Shown here one piece after another: positions 1 through 9,037 of a DNA stretch of 64,000 bases (positions within the stretch are counted from its first letter, which is position 1; each line of letters starts with the position of its first letter). Location of the stretch: the IMG/VR virus record IMGVR_UViG_3300001460_000022, positions 5,780 through 69,779 of that record. One strand, written 5' to 3'. The notes beneath the pieces are model-generated. The model was not told the origin of the DNA. It did not search any database and saw only the letters and a list, made by a program, of their open reading frames with translations. A program made the translations under genes and the position numbers. This DNA comes from a virus.

Positions 1-492
1 AACATCCATAAAACTAGAAATCTCTTGAGGATCAATATCTTTTATGATTAAAGAACACTCTGTAACAAATCCTAGAAAAATCTCATCAGAATACTCGTCT
101 TCCTTGGGATAAATATTTTTTATTACTTTAGGACAATGATTTTCATCAAAGAAAGTCATCAGTATTACCTCTGGTGGGATATAATCTAATTTAAAATTTT
201 CTATAGAAATATCTTCAGCTTCTTTTAGTAATTTTCTTACATCTGTTTTTAAAACTTTTTTAGTGTTTTTATTTTTACGTTTCTTATTTAAAACACTCCT
301 AGATTCTTTTATTAAATCTTTTGGGTCTACATTTAGTTTTTTGAATATAGAGGAACAAGACTGCCCCAAATTACTCAAAAAACAATGGAAGAACAAATCA
401 ATATCCGCTCCATTTCTTTCTAAAATCCCAGCAAGTTCTTTTGTTTTTTCTAGAACCCCCTCTATATGTGGAGTGAGAGGTAGTTTATGCAT
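1..492 (-). CDS. Clp ATPase (ClpA/B/C-like) N-terminal domain, partial; runs off the window edge
   Basis: Not in the ORF track. My translation from ATG at 492 (overlaps the dnaE stop) gives MHKLPLTPHIEGVLEKTKELA...RKLLKEAEDISIENFKLDYIPPEVILMTFF, open to position 1. This resembles the two helical Clp_N repeats. Confidence 0.6.
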   Translation of the reverse strand, partial: MHKLPLTPHIEGVLEKTKELAGILERNGADIDLFFHCFLSNLGQSCSSIFKKLNVDPKDLIKESRSVLNKKRKNKNTKKVLKTDVRKLLKEAEDISIENFKLDYIPPEVILMTFFDENHCPKVIKNIYPKEDEYSDEIFLGFVTECSLIIKDIDPQEISSFMDV

Positions 493-3046
493 TCCTCGCC
501 TCCCTCAATTTCATAAATATACTTGTCTCAATAGGATTAACCTTATCTACAAAAAAAGTATCTCTACTTTTAGATCCATTTAAAACAATTACTTTGCTTT
601 TAGCTAATTTGAAGCCGCTTTTTAAGAAATCAGATAATCTTTCTTCTCTTGCGTTATCCATGAATAGAAAGTTTTTTGTCGCTGTGTTATCGCAGATTGA
701 TATCATCATGTATTTATTACCATTTTGAGAAGTTCTAGTAAAAAAATCTTTTACCTCTCCTACAACTTGGAAGGTCTGCCTATCAACAAGGTCTTCAATT
801 TGTTTTAAGTCAATGAGAGAAGAGAACCTATCTTGAAAACACTCTCTTAAATTATGAGAGTAACTATAACCTAGTAAAGAACTTTCATATCTCCATTTAG
901 CAAACATTTCATGTTTTCTATTTTGATTATAGATTTTTTTATACTGATCAAATTTACTTTTAAATGTTTTAAATCTTTTCTCTGCCATTATCGGTCTATT
1001 GTCATCTCCTAGAGTTTGTTTCCCTAGAACCTCTGAGATCGCATTTAATATATCATGACCAAACCTATCCCCGATTTTAACAAAATTCCTTTTTTCTCTA
1101 TCTGTAAGGAGATTAAAAGCTTGGGCTTCAAGGACCATGCGAGTTCTGTTGGTTCCCGCATGGTCCATTGTTCCAGCCTGTATTAAAGCAGCAAGGACTG
1201 ATATGTTGATACCGCACTGCTTTGCAGCTAAAAAAACTTCATACTTATTATTAAATTTCATCCCCCTAAAATCAATAAGGCTTTCTATTGATTTAAGTGA
1301 GATACCCTTGATGCTATTTAACCCATAGCGAATGTCCCTATCTTCAATTGTAAAGCCAAATTCAGACTTGTATAAACAAGGAGGAAGCATTTTCATCCCA
1401 AAATCTATAAGTTCTTCATTTACTCCAGAGACTGTTTGAAGAGGCTCTGGGTCAAACTCAGCGCACTCAAGAATAGATAGAAAAAATTCATGAGGATATT
1501 TGTGTTTTAAGTAAACTGTTTTGGCAGCAAGGTCTGCATATGCAAAACTGTGAGACTTGTTAAAGGAATAGTGAGAAGCAGCCACCAAGGAGTTCCAATA
1601 GAAATCTGCTATCTCTTCTGTTAAGTCTCTGGATGTAGCTGCCTCATAAATTCTATCCTTCCATTTAGGCATCTCTTCCACCTTTTTCTTGCCGACAATT
1701 CTTCTTAAGACTTCCGCTTCCTCAAGCGTTAATCCAAAAACTTTGTGAGCAATCTGCATCAACTGCTCTTGATAAAGAATCACATTCTTTGACCAAGACA
1801 GAATAGAATCAAGCTCTGGGTTTAAATCTAGTTGAGAAGGAAAATCTTTTTGTGTTTTATATACACCAACAAACTCAAGAGCTGCTGGCCTAGCTAAAGC
1901 AACAACATCAGAAAGTTCATTTATATCTTTTGGCTTTATCTCTCTGCATACTTTAAAGTTGGTTTCTGCAGATATTTGAAATAAGCCCATAGGATGCTTA
2001 AAGTCTTGCAATATCTCATATATCATTTCATCGTTCGCATCTATGTCTTCAATATCTATCCCGACTTTCTCGCAAGTTTTGTGAGCGATTGTTAAAGTTC
2101 TTAATCCTAAAATATCAAACTTTACCATCAGGTCTGCTACATCATTCATATCATAGCCAGTAATTAAATCGCCATCTTTTGTTCTCTGCAAGGGAACAAT
2201 ATTTTCAATATTTTCTGAACAAATCGCGATGCCAGATGGGTGGACTCCAGTATTTTTAGGCAAGTTTTGTATCTTTAAAGCATTATCAAATGTCTTCTTA
2301 TGATTCTTTACCCATTTTTTAAATTTGTCACTCTCTTCTTTTGCTTGATTAAGAGGGAAAACAACTCCGTGAAGTTTAGGAATCATATCAGAAACTTGAT
2401 TTGCTTCATCCTCTTTTGCTTCGTCAAAATATTTAGTAGCTTCTCTAATACAAAGTTTAGAGCTAAAAGTATTGAACGTTAATATTTTAGCAGTTCTACC
2501 CTTGTGTTTTTTCTCAATATATTCAATAACTCTGTATCTTTGATCGTATGAAATGTCTGAATCTACGTCAGGTAATAAGCTACCAACAAGAAACTCTTTA
2601 CCTCTTTTATCTGTAATTTTTTTCGCTCTAGATTTAGAAACAAATCTCTCAAAAAACAGACTATGAGGGATTGGATCAATATTAGTCACTCCAAGAAGAA
2701 ATAGAATAAGAGAACCAGCAGCAGATCCTCGACCAGCGCCAGTAGGTATATTGTTGTCATGACAAAAATTTAAAACATCCCAGTTAAGAAGAATATAGTC
2801 TGTGAATCCAAGTTCTTCAAATGTCTCAAGTTCTTGTTTCGCTCTTTCAAAATAAACTGCTTTGTTTTCGTATTTTGTGATACCTTTATCTCTCAAACCT
2901 TTTCTAGTAAGCTCATAAAGAATATCCTTTGTAGAGCTATCTGAACCAAGGCCGATTTCTTCTAGCTTGTTCTGATCAACAATTGTTTTAGGAAGGTCTA
3001 CTCCCGCAGGTTCACAATCGTCGTATGGTGTGAAATCTTCAAACAT
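485..3046 (-). CDS. dnaE: DNA polymerase III alpha subunit, catalytic part lacking the PHP domain
   Basis: GAGRGSAAGSL, FERF, PDVDSD catalytic aspartates, HPSG, KFDILGL, YQEQ, FNKSH, and a C-terminal OB fold. Confidence 0.95.
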   Translation of the reverse strand: MFEDFTPYDDCEPAGVDLPKTIVDQNKLEEIGLGSDSSTKDILYELTRKGLRDKGITKYENKAVYFERAKQELETFEELGFTDYILLNWDVLNFCHDNNIPTGAGRGSAAGSLILFLLGVTNIDPIPHSLFFERFVSKSRAKKITDKRGKEFLVGSLLPDVDSDISYDQRYRVIEYIEKKHKGRTAKILTFNTFSSKLCIREATKYFDEAKEDEANQVSDMIPKLHGVVFPLNQAKEESDKFKKWVKNHKKTFDNALKIQNLPKNTGVHPSGIAICSENIENIVPLQRTKDGDLITGYDMNDVADLMVKFDILGLRTLTIAHKTCEKVGIDIEDIDANDEMIYEILQDFKHPMGLFQISAETNFKVCREIKPKDINELSDVVALARPAALEFVGVYKTQKDFPSQLDLNPELDSILSWSKNVILYQEQLMQIAHKVFGLTLEEAEVLRRIVGKKKVEEMPKWKDRIYEAATSRDLTEEIADFYWNSLVAASHYSFNKSHSFAYADLAAKTVYLKHKYPHEFFLSILECAEFDPEPLQTVSGVNEELIDFGMKMLPPCLYKSEFGFTIEDRDIRYGLNSIKGISLKSIESLIDFRGMKFNNKYEVFLAAKQCGINISVLAALIQAGTMDHAGTNRTRMVLEAQAFNLLTDREKRNFVKIGDRFGHDILNAISEVLGKQTLGDDNRPIMAEKRFKTFKSKFDQYKKIYNQNRKHEMFAKWRYESSLLGYSYSHNLRECFQDRFSSLIDLKQIEDLVDRQTFQVVGEVKDFFTRTSQNGNKYMMISICDNTATKNFLFMDNAREERLSDFLKSGFKLAKSKVIVLNGSKSRDTFFVDKVNPIETSIFMKLREARNA

Positions 3047-3660
3047 TACAGGTCCATGTGTTTTTTTAACTTTAAGAAAATTTCATAACACATTTTAATA
3101 TCGTATAAAGCATCATGCAGTTTCTCTTCTTCAAAATCTATATCAAAAAACTTTAACAACTGATTTTGTGATACCTTTGCTTTTAAGCTCCTATCATTCA
3201 TGATTTTGTATTGCCAGCCTAGAAAATCACTTTTTGGTTTATCTAGTTCCTCTCTGTATGCTTTCCCCAAGGCTCTAGTGTCATATATTCTTGGTAAATA
3301 AGAATAATCTGGCTGTTCCCCAAGCATTCTTTGCAGATGAGCAATCATATATACGTCAAATCCTAATAAGTTTTGACCAACTACAATGTATTGTGGATCG
3401 AATAAATATTTTTCAAACTGAGACCAAACAGAAATCAAGGACTCTGCCTTTCCGTTATATTTATCCCAATCAAACCCAGTTAACTTTCTAACAACTTCTG
3501 GTATGTTTAATTCCTTGTGTTTGATAAATTTATCATGTGTTTCAATAACATTCTTTCCTTGACATACTATCCAAGATAGCTGCCAAGTTTTAGAAGAGTG
3601 TAAATTTAAACCTTCTGTTTCTGTGTCGAAGACGAGATATTTTTGATTACTTGGCAACAT
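3046..3660 (-). CDS. DEDDh 3'-5' exonuclease (DnaQ/epsilon-like)
   Basis: ExoI FDTETEG, ExoII QNLLGFD, ExoIII HDALYD. Confidence 0.88.
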   Translation of the reverse strand: MLPSNQKYLVFDTETEGLNLHSSKTWQLSWIVCQGKNVIETHDKFIKHKELNIPEVVRKLTGFDWDKYNGKAESLISVWSQFEKYLFDPQYIVVGQNLLGFDVYMIAHLQRMLGEQPDYSYLPRIYDTRALGKAYREELDKPKSDFLGWQYKIMNDRSLKAKVSQNQLLKFFDIDFEEEKLHDALYDIKMCYEIFLKLKKHMDL

Positions 3661-4348
3661 TTTCTAAAAAGGATTCATAGCTAAATTCATCAGAGCAGAA
3701 ATCATTTAATCTTGGGTTACTATATGTAGGAACCCTTCCCTGCTTACGACTACAGATTGCTTTATACATTTGAAATGCTTCAAAGTCTTCTTTATCTCTG
3801 TAATAAATACTCTTTGCTTTTTCTGTTTTCACACCTAGTTTTTTTAGGGCTGCACTAATTTGAAAGTCAAAAGGGTGATTGTTTGATTCTTCTATATAGA
3901 AGTGATCATACTTGTCTAAAAAAAGCTCACACATCCCAAAATGAAAAATATTGTTAAAGACATAAGAATCATAAAAAGGGACTCCAATACTAATGTCATC
4001 TAGTTCACCCTTTCCTAAATCGTCAAGATGAAGACATTCCCCCTCGCTGGTATGACACTTTGTATACAGTTTTCTCGCTATAGCAACCCCTTTGTTGTTC
4101 TTTGGGAAGAAAATTAGTTTGCTAGGTTTTTCTAAATAAAAACTAGATTGGACAACAGGCAGTTTTACACCAAAGACCATAGGGACATCGGTATTTAAAA
4201 ACGCTTTATTGATGACTCTAAATCCGTAGAAATTATCTTCTACTAGAATCATCTTTTTTATCTCACCAGACTCGGCAATGTCTACTAAATCTTCGACCCT
4301 TAACAGGGATCTACCTATGCTGAAAGTGCTTTTGAATAATGGTATCAC
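3647..4348 (-). CDS. Stand-alone PHP domain of Pol III alpha with degenerate metal site
   Basis: N-terminus (PLFKSTFSIGRSLLRVEDLVDIA...MILVEDNFYGF...VPMVFGV...LIFFPKNNKG) parallels the DnaE PHP start. The neighbouring dnaE lacks this domain. GTG start. Confidence 0.75.
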   Translation of the reverse strand: MIPLFKSTFSIGRSLLRVEDLVDIAESGEIKKMILVEDNFYGFRVINKAFLNTDVPMVFGVKLPVVQSSFYLEKPSKLIFFPKNNKGVAIARKLYTKCHTSEGECLHLDDLGKGELDDISIGVPFYDSYVFNNIFHFGMCELFLDKYDHFYIEESNNHPFDFQISAALKKLGVKTEKAKSIYYRDKEDFEAFQMYKAICSRKQGRVPTYSNPRLNDFCSDEFSYESFLENVAK

Positions 4349-4354
4349 TCCTGT

Positions 4355-4383
4355 ATATTACAAAAGTTCCATAGGTTTGTCAA
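4355..4383 (-). promoter_or_regulatory. sigma70-type promoter for a leaderless transcript
   Basis: TTGACA-17 bp-TAATAT, then 6 nt to the GTG at 4348. Confidence 0.75.
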
Positions 4384-5398
4384 AGGAAAAAGCAGGGCAT
4401 CCATCATATTTAACCTTTTCAATCTTTAAATCTTTAGTTTCTTTACTTTTAAGATCTTCTTTAAGGTCTGCTGATGCTATCCTTACGCCGCTTGTATCGA
4501 CTAAAGTGTAAAATTCTCTTGGGAACTTGAAGGGACAATGCCACATCGGTGTGCCGTCTTTTTTAAGTTGTCCAGCGTAATCCGCTCTACCACAAACCAC
4601 TCTACCCGCAAATCCATCGTCTTTTCCCAAGTAACCCTTATTGTAAGCTAAATTTTTAGAAGCTAACACTTCATTAAAATTATTAATAATTTGTTGGACC
4701 TCTGTTAAGAAATACTCAAAACCCTCTAATTCGTCATCGTCTAAAGGGTTCATTGTGCAATTTCCCTCATTGTTGCAATCGAACTTTAAAAATAAAAACT
4801 CCATCTGACGCTTTAAAAAATCTGGATATAGATGTTTTACTGCCAAACAATACATTAGGTTTTGCATATTGTCTGTATAATCTTTTCCTGAAAAAATTTG
4901 TTTAGATGTTTTAAAGTCTCTAATAACTGCTTGCTTTTTTCTTTTGAAAAGAAACAACTTATCAATAAAACCTAATATTCTGTAATTTTTGCTTCCTTCT
5001 AACACAGAAATATCAAAATCTTTTTCGCTTATTGACTCTGTAGGTTTGCTATCTTTATCTCCAAAGAAGTCAAAGTTTAGACCCTCTACAGTCATCTGGT
5101 TGATAAGATCCATGTTCTCAAAATCATCTATACCGTGCTTCTTTGCATAAGACTCTATCATCCTTTTTACAGGTAGAGAAGCATAAGCATTTTGCGTTTT
5201 TACAATCCTAGTATAGTGCTTTCTATGTTTTGGGTTGCCAAGATTTTCAAACACAGCATGGCAGATTGTCCCGCGCAGACTTCCTTCATTTGACTTGTCT
5301 GGCAATTTTAAGTGATACTTGCACCAATACTGCCAAGAACACATCTGGAGTGTCTTTATGCGAGATGCTGAGAGAGGCTTGTTATCAGAATTCGTCAT
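4358..5398 (-). CDS. PD-(D/E)XK exonuclease, Cas4/AddB-like
   Basis: LSASRI..C, GTICH, GFIDKL...IRDFKTS and QNLMY motifs. One N-terminal and three C-terminal Cys fit an Fe-S staple. Confidence 0.8.
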   Translation of the reverse strand: MTNSDNKPLSASRIKTLQMCSWQYWCKYHLKLPDKSNEGSLRGTICHAVFENLGNPKHRKHYTRIVKTQNAYASLPVKRMIESYAKKHGIDDFENMDLINQMTVEGLNFDFFGDKDSKPTESISEKDFDISVLEGSKNYRILGFIDKLFLFKRKKQAVIRDFKTSKQIFSGKDYTDNMQNLMYCLAVKHLYPDFLKRQMEFLFLKFDCNNEGNCTMNPLDDDELEGFEYFLTEVQQIINNFNEVLASKNLAYNKGYLGKDDGFAGRVVCGRADYAGQLKKDGTPMWHCPFKFPREFYTLVDTSGVRIASADLKEDLKSKETKDLKIEKVKYDGCPAFSFDKPMELL

Positions 5399-6431
5399 AA
5401 TGAAATGAATTTTTCTTTACAAGCTTTGAATAAGAAGAAGAAAAACTTTTGTTTACACCTCTGTCATTCATGCCCTTTGCTATAGAAATAACTTTAGACA
5501 TTGACTCTTGATGTTGAACATTATAGCAGTCTAGGCTGTATTTTTCTATTTGATTTTTACTCATCTCTCCGAAATCATTTTCTTCGGGAGGGATAAAGTA
5601 AACTTTGTCAAAATCAATTGTCTCAACCAATTTAAAAATAGATTTAATTGCACCTTCAAAGCCTCTATTTATAGACGAAGTGTGATCATTATTAAATGAT
5701 ATAAAAACTTTTTTTACAGGAAGTAGGGAAAGCCTTGCTATAAATTTAGGTGAAATATTTAAGCCAAAAGAAACAAGAACATTTTTTATACCGTTATCGT
5801 AAAGAGATAAACAGTCCCCCACAGATTCGACAATATGAACAGCCTCCTTTTCTGTTATTGCTTCTTGAACCTTGTCTACATTGTAGTATGGGAAAAACCA
5901 ACCAGAAGATTTCCCCATGTGAAGCCATTTAGGTCTATCGTCATTGGTAACTTTTCTACCAGAAAACCCATGTATTCTTCCGTCTTTCCTGAATACAGGA
6001 AATATTATTCTCTGATACATTTTGCCAGACATTGCTAGGCCACATTTAAAATCTTGAAGGGTATCTTTGCTAATCCCTTTTTCTAGATAAAAATCGTGAT
6101 GAGGAAGAAGGCGAGTTAATACCTTTTGAGAAAATGTTTTTTCTTCTTTCAATAGATGTTTTTGCTTGATTCTTGCTCCTATATTTACACCATTATCCTT
6201 TAAATAGTGCTTTACAGCATTTGTATCTTTGGTATTTAAGGTTTTTTGGAGAAGAGCTTCAAAGGGCATAAACTGAGAGTCCTCTACATAATCTTTCCAG
6301 ACCCCAGTATCTTTATAGATCTGAAGAGCAGTTGAATTATCTCCAGATCTGTATACTGCATTAGTCCTCCAGTATGATCCATGATCCTTGAGGCGATACC
6401 CAAGGTTTTCTAACACATCTTTATAATTCAT
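5385..6431 (-). CDS. dnaG: DNA primase (DnaG-like, TOPRIM)
   Basis: RIIFPV...GFSGR...KWLH catalytic core and IVESVGD TOPRIM motif. Lies next to the helicase. Confidence 0.85.
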   Translation of the reverse strand: MNYKDVLENLGYRLKDHGSYWRTNAVYRSGDNSTALQIYKDTGVWKDYVEDSQFMPFEALLQKTLNTKDTNAVKHYLKDNGVNIGARIKQKHLLKEEKTFSQKVLTRLLPHHDFYLEKGISKDTLQDFKCGLAMSGKMYQRIIFPVFRKDGRIHGFSGRKVTNDDRPKWLHMGKSSGWFFPYYNVDKVQEAITEKEAVHIVESVGDCLSLYDNGIKNVLVSFGLNISPKFIARLSLLPVKKVFISFNNDHTSSINRGFEGAIKSIFKLVETIDFDKVYFIPPEENDFGEMSKNQIEKYSLDCYNVQHQESMSKVISIAKGMNDRGVNKSFSSSYSKLVKKNSFHYDEF

Positions 6432-6439
6432 TCTAAAAC

Positions 6440-6859
6440 TTAGTCTTGAAACGGGTTATTAAGATAAGTAATCGCCCTTTTTAATACAAATGGATCATCA
6501 TCAAATTTTCCAAGAGCATTGTTACAGTCATTGCATATCCACCCTCTAAATTCCGCTGTTTCATGATCATGATCTAGCACGGGGTTTTCACACTCTTTAC
6601 GACATATTGGGCAAATTATCCATTTAGGTCTTTTATATTTTTTATGGAGTTGCGAAGATTGGCTTTTTAGTATATTATAACATTGTTTGCAACAGTGTTT
6701 ACGGTATTCTTTTTTATTCCCATTTTTATCTACCGTTGTTAGATGGATTGGAAAAAAATCAATAGGGAGCCTTCTTTTGCACATTTTTTTGCAAACTCTA
6801 AACTCCTCTCCCTCTGGTAAACCGAAATCATCCCAGAACTCTGTTTGTTCTCCTCTCAA
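6440..6859 (-). CDS. Recombination endonuclease VII-family (His-Me finger) nuclease
   Basis: CPIC...VLDHDHETAEFRGWICNDCNNALG...RAITYL signature. Confidence 0.85.
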   Translation of the reverse strand: MRGEQTEFWDDFGLPEGEEFRVCKKMCKRRLPIDFFPIHLTTVDKNGNKKEYRKHCCKQCYNILKSQSSQLHKKYKRPKWIICPICRKECENPVLDHDHETAEFRGWICNDCNNALGKFDDDPFVLKRAITYLNNPFQD

Positions 6860-8394
6860 GCCCTTAAATTCACTGGTATTTCCTCTGAGTCATTTGTATT
6901 AACCTCGACCCCTCCTCCATTAAAAACATTTACAATGTCTTGCAAGTCTCCACACTCAGTAATCCGAAAGTTTTCTATGTTTAAATTAATAAAGTTCTGT
7001 TTTTTAGTTCCATCTGGCATCTCTACTGGATGAATAGCTCTGAGAGCATCTCTACCAAGATGTCTGCATTTTAAATTAATTAATTTATGAGTGCCAAAGT
7101 TAACTCCTTCCTCATGAATTTCATCAGCAACTTTTCTGCGAAGCAAGAACAAATGAGAGCAGAACTGAGTGATTCCATCAGATAAAGAAACAACGCTTTC
7201 ATCATCAACTATTCCCGCAGCCCCTCTATTGCTTGTAATTCCCAGCCTGTTAGACTGCACAGAAGTGAGCATAGAAACACAAGGTTTGCCGTCAAAACAC
7301 AAATCTCTTTGAATTGTTTGCTTAAACTTATGCACCATATAGGATACTTGTTGCCAGCCATCAACCTTGCCAATACTACCAAAGTCACTCTTAATATAAT
7401 CAAAACTAAAAATAAGTGGATTGCCTCTACCAATTTTAGAAAAATAAAATCTTTTAAGCAGAGAACACATTTCATCTGGAGATAATCCAGCGACATTCTC
7501 ATAGTAAAATTCCATGTCTTTGATTTTACCCCAAGCTGATCTAACTTTAGCTACAACCTGATCTACTGTTAAATTTTTATATCCTGTAGTTCTCCATTTC
7601 CCTGTCTGTAAAAGCCACACAGGAATACCCGTCATTGCAGAACACTGTCTGAAGATAAGTTCTTCTTCACTCATTTCTCCATTATCAAAGTGAAGAACAG
7701 CGACTTTATGTTCAGCAGAAACTCTTGTAGTATAATCCATACAAAAATTTGTTTTACCTACTCCAGATCTAGCGACAATAACAGAGATATTTCCTGCAAG
7801 TAGTAGCGATCCATACATCTCATTGATTCGTGGATGTGGGCCAAGCATACCAAAATCCTCCACAGGATTATCTCCCCGATCCTCAACAAGATCTTCCATC
7901 ATGTCGAACAAGTTGACGGGACCAGATTCTGTCATCTCGAAATCTTTTATGTTCTTATTATAGAGTTGATCAGACTGTTCAATAAGTTCTCCATACTTGA
8001 GATTAGGATCTGCATTCTTTACAAAAGAAGCAACCTTCTTGCAGCTTGTGTATATTTCTCTACGAGCGCTATACTTTTTAAGCTCCTTTACAGAACTTAA
8101 AAAAATGTTTTCTGTAATCTTATAGAATGCTAAAGAAAAAACATACTCTGCAACATCTACACTGTCAGGAAAAGTAACTTTTAATTGTTGTATCCTCTGA
8201 ACTAGAATTGTCTCATCAATGCTTTCAGCGTTATCAAGTGCATTTTTTAATAATTTAAATATTGATACATTTACTTTTGAATCCTCTGAGTAAAAATCAC
8301 CATCATTAACAAAACTAGAAATCTCTTCCCACTTATGCTGATGCTGAATAATACCGCTTAAGACTTTTTTTTCTAAATCAAAGGAATAAATCAT
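6856..8394 (-). CDS. dnaB: Replicative DNA helicase (DnaB family)
   Basis: N-terminal EKKVLSGII, Walker A ARSGVGKT, EMS, FDYIK, QSNR, and KCRH arginine finger. Confidence 0.9.
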   Translation of the reverse strand: MIYSFDLEKKVLSGIIQHQHKWEEISSFVNDGDFYSEDSKVNVSIFKLLKNALDNAESIDETILVQRIQQLKVTFPDSVDVAEYVFSLAFYKITENIFLSSVKELKKYSARREIYTSCKKVASFVKNADPNLKYGELIEQSDQLYNKNIKDFEMTESGPVNLFDMMEDLVEDRGDNPVEDFGMLGPHPRINEMYGSLLLAGNISVIVARSGVGKTNFCMDYTTRVSAEHKVAVLHFDNGEMSEEELIFRQCSAMTGIPVWLLQTGKWRTTGYKNLTVDQVVAKVRSAWGKIKDMEFYYENVAGLSPDEMCSLLKRFYFSKIGRGNPLIFSFDYIKSDFGSIGKVDGWQQVSYMVHKFKQTIQRDLCFDGKPCVSMLTSVQSNRLGITSNRGAAGIVDDESVVSLSDGITQFCSHLFLLRRKVADEIHEEGVNFGTHKLINLKCRHLGRDALRAIHPVEMPDGTKKQNFINLNIENFRITECGDLQDIVNVFNGGGVEVNTNDSEEIPVNLRA

Positions 8395-8624
8395 ATATTT
8401 ATATCGTCATCTTTCTTTGCCATTGCCATCTCTATTAATTTACCAAGTGCCATGTCAACTGTAGGGTTCTCTGTTTTACTTGTCATACTAGGACAACCTT
8501 CTTTATTAACATAAAGTAATATAAATCCTCTGTTGCCTCCAGTAACAGACCCCGTAGAGTCGTAAACTTTATCTAACAATGATTGTGGGATTCCTCCACT
8601 ACTTTCTTCTTCTTCCAATTTCAT
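8391..8624 (-). CDS. Hypothetical protein
   Basis: 77-aa ORF with ATGA overlaps at both ends. Confidence 0.65.
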   Translation of the reverse strand: MKLEEEESSGGIPQSLLDKVYDSTGSVTGGNRGFILLYVNKEGCPSMTSKTENPTVDMALGKLIEMAMAKKDDDINI

Positions 8625-9037
8625 TTTAAAAGTTTAATTAAGTTTGCAGGGTATTTTTTTGAATCCATTATATCAGACTCTAATACTCTAATAATTTTGA
8701 TTTGATTAATATCGCAAAAATATTCTTTCTTCTCATCTCTCTGCAATTGATGTAAAAATTTCTGGCGAGAGTCAGAGTGGAAAAACCGATTAAACTTGTA
8801 GTGTTGATTGCCGTCAACTTCAATCGCTATCTTTTTAGTAGCATTATAAAGATCTAGTGTCATCCTAGTGCCAGCGACAGGAAACTCTTCAAAAACCACA
8901 TCTGCAAACCAATACGGCTTAACTTGATCTTTTACGTCTTTTTGTATCCCGCTTCTACAGTCAGAATCCCAGTCAATAAGATATTTGCTGACATTTTTTA
9001 TTTTTTTCTCTCGACCATTTGAACATAAAAATTTCAT
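8621..9037 (-). CDS. DUF559/Vsr-like endonuclease
   Basis: EEFPV...LDLY...IAIEVDGNQH...RDEKKE...IIRV pattern. Confidence 0.75.
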   Translation of the reverse strand: MKFLCSNGREKKIKNVSKYLIDWDSDCRSGIQKDVKDQVKPYWFADVVFEEFPVAGTRMTLDLYNATKKIAIEVDGNQHYKFNRFFHSDSRQKFLHQLQRDEKKEYFCDINQIKIIRVLESDIMDSKKYPANLIKLLK

